From positions 1-53,682 of the forward strand of contig CANOPF010000002.1 of the NCBI GenBank assembly GCA_947568535.1: a stretch of DNA of 53,682 nt. Direction: 5' to 3'. This DNA comes from an uncultured Clostridium sp. Lineage in GTDB: Bacteria > Bacillota > Clostridia > TANB77 > CAG-508. This document shows positions 1-5,971 of this stretch, in pieces. Both the position numbers and the translations under genes were made by a program. The notes under the pieces are model-generated. The model was not told the origin of the DNA, made no database searches, and saw only the letters and a program-made list of their open reading frames with translations. The stretch's first letter is position 1; each line of letters starts with the position of its first letter.

Positions 1-624
1 GATGCATTGTATAACAATTTATACAAGACTAATGGAAGAAATTTAAACTTTTATAAAAGACTAGCAGAAACAATAAAAACAGCTTCAATTAACTCTTATC
101 CTGGAGTTGATAAAGAACACGAAGACACAAAAAATCTTTCAAATATGGCTAAAATAGTACAAAATAATAACAATATCATAAATGAATTGAGAGATAAAAT
201 GATAGAAACAGCAAAACAATCGCCATATTATGAAATAATAAATTCATTTTATGGAATTGGAGAAATACTGACAGCAGAGATACTTGGAGAATTAGGAGAT
301 ATAACAAGATTTGATAGTCCAAAAGAAATAATAGCATTTTGTGGACTTGATCCAACAATAAAACAGTCTGGAAAAAGTATAAATGTGAAAGGAGCAATAT
401 CAAAAAGAGGAAACAAATATGCACGATATATATTATTTAATTGTAGTCAAATGGTAGTAAAACTAGGTGCTTCAAATTATCCAGAACATCCAGTATATAT
501 TTATTATCAAAATAAAAAAGCAGAAGGCAAACACTACTACGAAAGCCTAACTGCTTGTTCTACAAAAATTCTAAGAATGTTATATTCTATGTGCAAAAAT
601 AATAAACAATTCTTAGAAAAATAA
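1..624 (+). CDS. IS110-family transposase, C-terminal part (5' end cut by the window edge)
   Basis: The frame is open from nt 1. It contains the IS110/IS1111-type C-terminal block YGIGEILTAEILGELGDITRFDSPKEIIAFCGLDPTIKQSGKS...SKRGNKYARYILF. Confidence 0.85.
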   Translation, partial: DALYNNLYKTNGRNLNFYKRLAETIKTASINSYPGVDKEHEDTKNLSNMAKIVQNNNNIINELRDKMIETAKQSPYYEIINSFYGIGEILTAEILGELGDITRFDSPKEIIAFCGLDPTIKQSGKSINVKGAISKRGNKYARYILFNCSQMVVKLGASNYPEHPVYIYYQNKKAEGKHYYESLTACSTKILRMLYSMCKNNKQFLEK

Positions 625-800
625 CCATAATTGAATTTTATCATAAAAGAAGTGAAAAAGATACAATTTTTTAAAAAATATATCGTTTTCGCTTGTTTGC
701 CATACAAAAAAATAATATAATAAATTTATAAAAAAGGGCTTGACAAAAATTAGATAGTCAATAAGTAAAAGAAGATAATAAGTTGAAATTATTGTTTGGT

Positions 801-830
801 AAAAGATTAGATTAAAAAGTCTAGTCTTTT
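801..830 (+). terminator. Hairpin plus short T-run at the end of the IS110 3' non-coding flank
   Basis: aaaagattagat(801-812)/taaaaa/gtctagtctttt(819-830) forms a 12-bp stem with two G-U pairs and ends in TTTT. It sits immediately before the annotated start of the sigma-factor ORF. Confidence 0.35.
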
Positions 831-831
831 C

Positions 832-1500
832 TTGATGAAGAGTAAAATAAAGTATTTTAAAAAATTATTTGGGAACTGTAACTTTTTTAAAAAAATTGGT
901 ATTATAAAAGTAAGATATCTAAAAATAAAAAGGAGATTTAGATCTAAATTGAAACAGCATAAACTATTAAAAGATTATATAGAAAAGAATGAACTAAATA
1001 TAGAACAAATAATTAACGATTATAGTGGATATGTTTATACAATTATAAAAAATATATCTAACCAAAAATTTACACAAGAAGATATAGAAGAAATTATAGC
1101 AGATACTTTTTTTGTACTATGGAAAAATGCCTATAAAATAAACGAAAATGATAAAATAAGCTCTTATTTGTCTGGCGTAGTAAATAATATTATTAAAAAG
1201 AAAAGAAGAGGAATAAAAGAAAATCTTAACATTGAAGATTATGAAAACATTTTACAAGAACAGAACCAAGTAGACAATATCTATGAAAATCAAAATAAAA
1301 TAAAAATAATGGAAAAAGCGTTAGAAAATATGACGAAAGAAGATAACGACATTTTTGAATTATTTTATTATGCTGGTAAAAAAGTAAAAGAGATTGCCAA
1401 ACAATTAAATATTACAGAATTTAAAGTAAAAACAAAGTTACACAGAATTAGAAAAAGGATAAAACGAATTTTAGAGAAAGAGGGATATAGGTATGAATAA
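832..1500 (+). CDS. ECF-type RNA polymerase sigma-70 family factor (start uncertain; in-frame TTG at 949 would give a typical ~183 aa)
   Basis: Region 2-like segment IINDYSGYVYTIIKNIS...IIADTFFVLWKNAYK. Region 4 HTH segment DIFELFYYAGKKVKEIAKQLNITEFKVKTKLHRIRKRIKRIL. No SD precedes 832/835, and a hairpin ends at 830. Confidence 0.75.
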   Translation: MMKSKIKYFKKLFGNCNFFKKIGIIKVRYLKIKRRFRSKLKQHKLLKDYIEKNELNIEQIINDYSGYVYTIIKNISNQKFTQEDIEEIIADTFFVLWKNAYKINENDKISSYLSGVVNNIIKKKRRGIKENLNIEDYENILQEQNQVDNIYENQNKIKIMEKALENMTKEDNDIFELFYYAGKKVKEIAKQLNITEFKVKTKLHRIRKRIKRILEKEGYRYE

Positions 1501-2677
1501 TGAAGAGTTAAACAGAAATGTGCTAAAAAGAGTAAAAAGAAAAATAGCTATATCCAACTTTGAAAAGGAGGAAACAAGAATGTTCAAAAATAGAATAGGG
1601 AAAATGGTAGCAACCTTTGCATTAGCAACTGGATTAACAGCAGGAGTGGTATTTGCTGGAACAATGGTATATGAAAAAGTCTTTAAAGAACCAAAAAAAT
1701 ATGAATCTTATGGAGAATTAATACAAGATATTAAAGAAAGTCAAGGCTCACAAGAAGTTACAAAAGAAGATGAAAAAAAAGCAGTTAATATGGAAGAGGC
1801 TATGGTTGAAGCAAATAAGTTTTTAAATAAATTTGGGATTGACAATCAGGAATTTGTTACGAAGGAATTAAAGAAAAACTATATAATGGGAGCTGAATTA
1901 GTGTATTATTTTACAACAGATAAAAACTTAAATAAAGGGATTCATGTAGGAATTAATGCAGAAAATGGTAAATTTATAAGTTTTACCAATAACAATTTAG
2001 CACATTCTGGTTTTGAGCCAGACAAAATAAGTAAAGAACAAGCCATAAAAAAAGCAGATGAAATATATAATTTATTGGATTTAAAAGAGAAGGAATATAA
2101 AATAAATGAAGTTTCAGAGCCACCATGTTATTTTCCAAATAACGAAGGAAATAGTGCCGAATGGTGTGTAACATATTATAAAGTTTATGGAGAAGCATTA
2201 AATCAATTTGAAAGAGTTCAAATTATGTTTACAGTAGTAAATGGAGAAGTAAAGGTATATAGTGCTTTTATAGCAAATGAGAATGTAGAATATAAAGATA
2301 ATCCAGTTCAAATTACAAAAGAAGAAGCAGAAAAAATTGCGTTAGAAAAAGATAAGAAAATAACAGATAATGAAGTAGATTGGATTATTACAAAACAACA
2401 AATTAGACAAATTAATTCATGGATTTATTTACTAGAACAAAATGGAGGAAAATATCCTGAATTCAAAGAGGAAAAACAAGCAGATGGAAGTACTGTAAGA
2501 TATAATGAATATCAAACAGTACAAAATATAGCAAGAAAAGTTTGGTCAGTTAATATTCACTATAAACAAGGTGAACCTGATTCAAACAATGAAAAGAAAT
2601 ATAATTCTAAATCAATTTTTGTAGATGTAACAACAGGTGAAGTTATAGGTGGTGCCGATGAATCTTATTGGGATTAG
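1493..2677 (+). CDS. Putative anti-sigma factor: single-pass membrane protein with three PepSY-like extracytoplasmic repeats
   Basis: An ATGA overlap with the sigma gene (1493-1500) suggests translational coupling. TM segment MVATFALATGLTAGVVFAGTMVY. Repeats carry the signature (I/V)(S/T)KE(E/Q)A...and end in VDVTTGEVIGG. Confidence 0.5.
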   Translation: MNNEELNRNVLKRVKRKIAISNFEKEETRMFKNRIGKMVATFALATGLTAGVVFAGTMVYEKVFKEPKKYESYGELIQDIKESQGSQEVTKEDEKKAVNMEEAMVEANKFLNKFGIDNQEFVTKELKKNYIMGAELVYYFTTDKNLNKGIHVGINAENGKFISFTNNNLAHSGFEPDKISKEQAIKKADEIYNLLDLKEKEYKINEVSEPPCYFPNNEGNSAEWCVTYYKVYGEALNQFERVQIMFTVVNGEVKVYSAFIANENVEYKDNPVQITKEEAEKIALEKDKKITDNEVDWIITKQQIRQINSWIYLLEQNGGKYPEFKEEKQADGSTVRYNEYQTVQNIARKVWSVNIHYKQGEPDSNNEKKYNSKSIFVDVTTGEVIGGADESYWD

Positions 2678-2715
2678 ATAACCAAAATATTAGAAATTTT
2701 TAGAAATGGTATTTG

Positions 2716-2829
2716 TATGGCAATCGCTTAAAAATTTTTTACCTTAGAAAAATCAAGGTTTTAAATTTTCACTAAAAAATAAGAATTGAGTATTTTTAAT
2801 ATGTAGAAGTTTTTTAAGCGATTGCCATA
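2716..2829. mobile_element. MITE-like miniature inverted-repeat element (114 bp) with 9-bp target-site duplication
   Basis: Perfect 19-bp terminal inverted repeats TATGGCAATCGCTTAAAAA (2716-2734) and TTTTTAAGCGATTGCCATA (2811-2829). They are flanked by perfect direct repeats TGGTATTTG (2707-2715 and 2830-2838). There is no coding capacity. Confidence 0.55.
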
Positions 2830-2835
2830 TGGTAT

Positions 2836-2864
2836 TTGACAAATGCAAAAGAATATGTTATTAT
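2836..2864 (+). promoter_or_regulatory. Near-consensus sigma-A type promoter driving a short rightward RNA
   Basis: TTGACA (2836-2841), 17-nt spacer, extended -10 TGtTATTAT (2856-2864). Confidence 0.5.
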
Positions 2865-2870
2865 TTAATT

Positions 2871-2950
2871 ACAGAATAAATGAACTTTGAATATCGCTAG
2901 TATTCAATCATGACAGTGTGTGTACCACGAATACACATGCTATTTTTTTT
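2871..2950 (+). ncRNA. Predicted ~80-nt antisense-type small RNA (candidate antitoxin/regulator of the convergent small ORF)
   Basis: It is bounded by the promoter at 2836-2864 and an intrinsic terminator at 2915-2950. A 5' hairpin TTGAATA/TCGCTAG/TATTCAA lies at 2887-2907. It has 15-nt complementarity to the start region of the opposite-strand ORF. It holds no meaningful ORF (only MNFEYR). Confidence 0.45.
2915..2950 (+). terminator. Intrinsic terminator of the rightward small RNA
   Basis: Stem 2915-2924/2932-2941 (10 bp including G-U pairs), loop CCACGAA (2925-2931), followed by T8 (2943-2950). Confidence 0.6.
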
Positions 2951-2951
2951 G

Positions 2952-2984
2952 TCAAAAAATAGAGCAGACCACGAATCTGCTCTA
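2952..2984 (-). terminator. Intrinsic terminator of the leftward small-ORF mRNA
   Basis: Stem 2960-2968/2976-2984 (9 bp). The + strand loop is CCACGAA (2969-2975), which reads UUCGUGG in the minus RNA. It is followed on the minus strand by TTTTTTG (2952-2959). Confidence 0.6.
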
Positions 2985-2997
2985 CGACTAAATACAG

Positions 2998-3138
2998 CTA
3001 ATTAGTCTTAACTTTGTTGTCATCTTGCATTTGCTTATATTGTTGTTCTAATTGTTGTTGTAATCTAATGTTTTTTTCTCTTTCTGCTATGTACTTGTCA
3101 GCAAAATGCAAAATTAAATCGCTAGTATTCAAAATCAT
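2998..3138 (-). CDS. Small hydrophilic protein, 46 aa (MILNTSDLILHFADKYIAEREKNIRLQQQLEQQYKQMQDDNKVKTN); not in the supplied ORF track
   Basis: ATG at 3138-3136 is preceded by GGAAAGGGGG (complement of 3141-3150). Stop TAG is at 3000-2998. It has its own terminator directly downstream. The 5' UTR can form alternative hairpins (3151-3175) able to mask the SD. Confidence 0.45.
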   Translation of the reverse strand: MILNTSDLILHFADKYIAEREKNIRLQQQLEQQYKQMQDDNKVKTN

Positions 3139-3196
3139 AACCCCCTTTCCGCCTTTTAGAAAAGGCTAGCCTTTCCTTTAACGTAAGGTTGTTAAT

Positions 3197-3225
3197 ATAT
3201 TACTATAATTTTATATTCAAAACAA
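3197..3225 (-). promoter_or_regulatory. Possible promoter of the small-ORF mRNA
   Basis: On the minus strand: TTGTTT (3225-3220), 17-nt spacer, TAATAT (3202-3197). This would give a ~50-nt structured leader. Confidence 0.3.
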
Positions 3226-3731
3226 GCGAACATAATAAAATGTTACAAGTTTTTTCCAATTATTTGTTGTCAAATTTTTATAGATGTAAGATTTTTCGCA
3301 TAAATAATATCAAATATTGGGTAATTTTTTAAGTAGTAAATTTGAATAGATATAAATTAAGAAAAACCTTAATAATTAACGGTTCTAAAATATTAATTTG
3401 ATAGTTATTCTAAATAACTGAAACATAACTTTTTATAAAAAAATAAAAATTTTTTTAATTACGGTTGGTTTTTTTGAAAAATATGGATGTATATATAATA
3501 GAGGAATAATTTCTTAAAAATTTTTTTAAAATCACGAAGAAAAATTTGAAAAACACCTCTGTATATAGAGTATGTGATAATAAATCAAAGAAGGAGGAAT
3601 CAAATACCATAAAACAATAAATATAGTGTTGACCCTTTTTACAAGCCCTTTAAATCAATAATTTATATGTGAATAATAAAGTCTTTCTAGCATATAAATT
3701 GAATAAATATTAATAAAAAACAGGAGAAACT

Positions 3732-3836
3732 ATGAACGAAACATTTAAAATTAATGTGTATTTTGATGAAAAGGGTGAAGAAATCGAAAATTTAATATCT
3801 CATTTTTTAATTGATCTATTAGAGAAAAAGAGATAA
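3732..3836 (+). CDS. 34-aa ORF resembling transposon-encoded TnpW-type mini-proteins (MNETFKINVYFDEKGEEIENLISHFLIDLLEKKR)
   Basis: SD caGGAGaaact precedes the ATG at 3732. It lies directly upstream of a large serine recombinase, as in Tn4451-like elements. The pattern (beta strand ending in hF, then an acidic stretch, then an amphipathic helix) matches my memory of TnpW family members. This was not verified by search. Confidence 0.35.
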   Translation: MNETFKINVYFDEKGEEIENLISHFLIDLLEKKR

Positions 3837-3857
3837 TAAATTTTTATTATTTCAGTA

Positions 3858-3901
3858 TTTGAATTTCCTAGAAAATTAGTTATAATTAATAGGAATTCAA
3901 A
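3858..3901 (+). promoter_or_regulatory. Promoter embedded in an inverted repeat upstream of the recombinase gene (candidate operator)
   Basis: TTGAAT (3859-3864), 16-nt spacer, TATAAT (3881-3886). Imperfect inverted-repeat arms TTTGAATTTCCTA (3858-3870) and TAGGAATTCAAA (3890-3901) bracket the -35 and the start site. Confidence 0.35.
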
Positions 3902-3935
3902 TCGTTGTTTTTATCAAGCATGGGAAGGAGGAGAG

Positions 3936-5505
3936 ATGCTTGAACCAATAAAAACAATAATTTATAAGGTAGCAATTTATATAAGATTATCGAAAGAAGA
4001 TGTAGACAAAGGCTATGATGAAAGCGAAAGTATTACCAACCAAAAATCCTTATTAACAGAATATGTAGAAAACTTAGGATGGGAATATGAATTAGTAGAT
4101 ATTTATATAGATCCAGGATATACGGGAACAAACTTTAACAGACCAGATTTTCAAAGAATGATTAGAGATATCGAAAACGGAAAAGTAAATATGGTCATAA
4201 CAAAAGATTTATCTCGTTTAGGTCGTGATTACATAGAAACTGGAGAGTATATTGAGAAATGGTTTCCAGAGCATGAGGTTAGGTATGTTTCTGTAACAGA
4301 TGGCATAGATACTTTTGCTACTAATAATGGGAATAATGATATAGCACCATTTAAATCTATATTAAATGATATGTATTCTAAAGACTTATCTAAAAAGATT
4401 AGGACAGCCTTACATACCATGCAAAAACAAGGTAAATGGGTAGGAGGAAAAACGGCACTAGGTTATGGGAAAGATCCAAACGACAAAAATAAATTAATCA
4501 TTTGTGAGCAAGAAGCGGAGATAGTAAGAGCTATCTTTAATATGGCTAATTTACGGAAATGAAATAGGCGTGATAAAAAATTACCTAAATGACAATAAAA
4601 TACCAACAGCCAATCAATTAAGATATAGCAAAGCAACATTTTGGGAAAACAAAACAGTAAAAAATATCCTAAAAAATGAAGTATATATTGGAAATACTGT
4701 GCAAAATAAGAGAAGTAGAATTAGTTATAAAAACAGAAAGTTGAGAAGTAATCCACAAGAACAGTGGAATATTGTGGAAAACACACATGAACCAATCATT
4801 GAAAAGCAAGTTTTTGATAAAGTACAAAAAATGGTAATCGTGCAAAAATATAATAGGAATGAGAAAAAGCATAAGTTTTTATTAGATGGATTATTGTTTT
4901 GCTATGAATGTAAACACAAAATAGGAGTAAGAGGAAAGAAAAACGGCTATATGTTTATGATATGTAATAATTATCGTAGAAACTCAAAATTAGGACTTTG
5001 TACATCACATGGATTTAGTTATGAAGCATTAGAAAAAACAATACTACAATACATAAAGAATTTATTTTTAGCAATCGATAGTAAGAAAATAGAATTGAAC
5101 ATAAAGAATAATCGAACGAAACAAGATTATGGAAAAATGCTTAAGCAGAAACAAGCAGAAATAAATCTTGTGAAAGATAATATAGACAAAATGTATGTTG
5201 ATAAGTTGAATAACAAAATAAGTGAAGAAATGTATAATAGGCTATTTGATAAGCTAATAAAAGAAGTAAATCAGAAAGAGAAAGAATACAATGAGTTAAA
5301 AAACAAAAAAGAAAATGCTTTGCAAGATGATAGTAAAGAGATAGAAAAGATAGTAAAAGAATTTCTAAAATTGGAAAAGCCAACACCTGAAATCATGAAA
5401 GTAATCATTTATAAAATAGAAATACACCAAGACAAACAAGTAGATATCATTTTTAATTTTAAGAGATTAAATAATATTAGTGTCAGCAATGCACAAACTG
5501 ACTAA
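3936..5505 (+). pseudogene. Large serine recombinase (resolvase/invertase catalytic domain, recombinase domain, zinc ribbon, coiled coil), split by a +1 frameshift near nt 4545
   Basis: N-terminal VAIYIRLSKED...NQK...GKVNMVITKDLSRLGRD is a serine-recombinase catalytic domain. The second ORF (4570-5505) continues with the recombinase domain and CYECKHK...CNNYRRNSKLGLC zinc ribbon. Frame 2 is open from 4528. Deleting one nt near 4545 gives the continuous sequence ...AIFNMLIYGNEIGVIKNYLNDNKIPT. Confidence 0.85.
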
Positions 5506-5560
5506 TTTAATATTGCGTATTAGAATAGTCAAAACAAAACAACATAGCTGTCTACTTTGA

Positions 5561-5866
5561 CCTCAACCAGAAGGAATATCCATGGCAGTTCCAATGAAAA
5601 ATGGAGGAATGAAGATAAGTAAAGTAATTTATTATGTCATATTATCAGGAATTACAACAGGAGTAGGTGCTTTTTTTGGTGCCATCATAGGCTCTATATC
5701 AGAGACCATCATAGCAACTTGCTTAAGTTTTGCAGCGGGGGCTATGTTATATATTGTATCGGGAGAACTAGTACCAGAAGCCAATCATTTGTATCATGGA
5801 AGAATGACAGCTTTAGGAAATATGTTAGGATTTTTAATGGGAATTTTTGCTACTTTTATCCATTAA
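5561..5866 (+). pseudogene. ZIP-family (ZupT-like) metal transporter, 3' remnant only (about the last 100 codons)
   Basis: The frame opens right after a TGA at 5558-5560 with PQPEGISMAVPM..., which is the conserved (HN)xPEG(I/L)A(V/M)..P motif region of ZIP permeases. This is followed by two C-terminal TM helices (FAAGAMLYIVSGELVPEA...). No N-terminal half is found anywhere in the window. Confidence 0.7.
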
Positions 5867-5971
5867 AAAAGATAAAAAAACTACTTGCTTTTTGCACAAA
5901 GATATAGTAAAATACAAACAGACATTTGAAAAAAGAATAAAGATAACGGATATAACAGAAAGGAAGATTAG

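Larger units (their letters stand above)
1..5565 (+). mobile_element. Right-hand portion of an integrated element bounded on the right by the serine recombinase gene (left end lies outside the window)
   Basis: The recombinase gene ends 56 nt from the point where a ZIP transporter reading frame begins abruptly mid-domain. The interior carries IS110, a MITE, an antisense-RNA module and a TnpW-like ORF. Confidence 0.5.

Noticed and set aside
3589-3630. Strong SD-like AAGGAGGAA at about 3591-3599 in the long non-coding stretch of the element.
   Set aside because: No ATG/GTG/TTG start at a usable distance opens a frame longer than a few codons.
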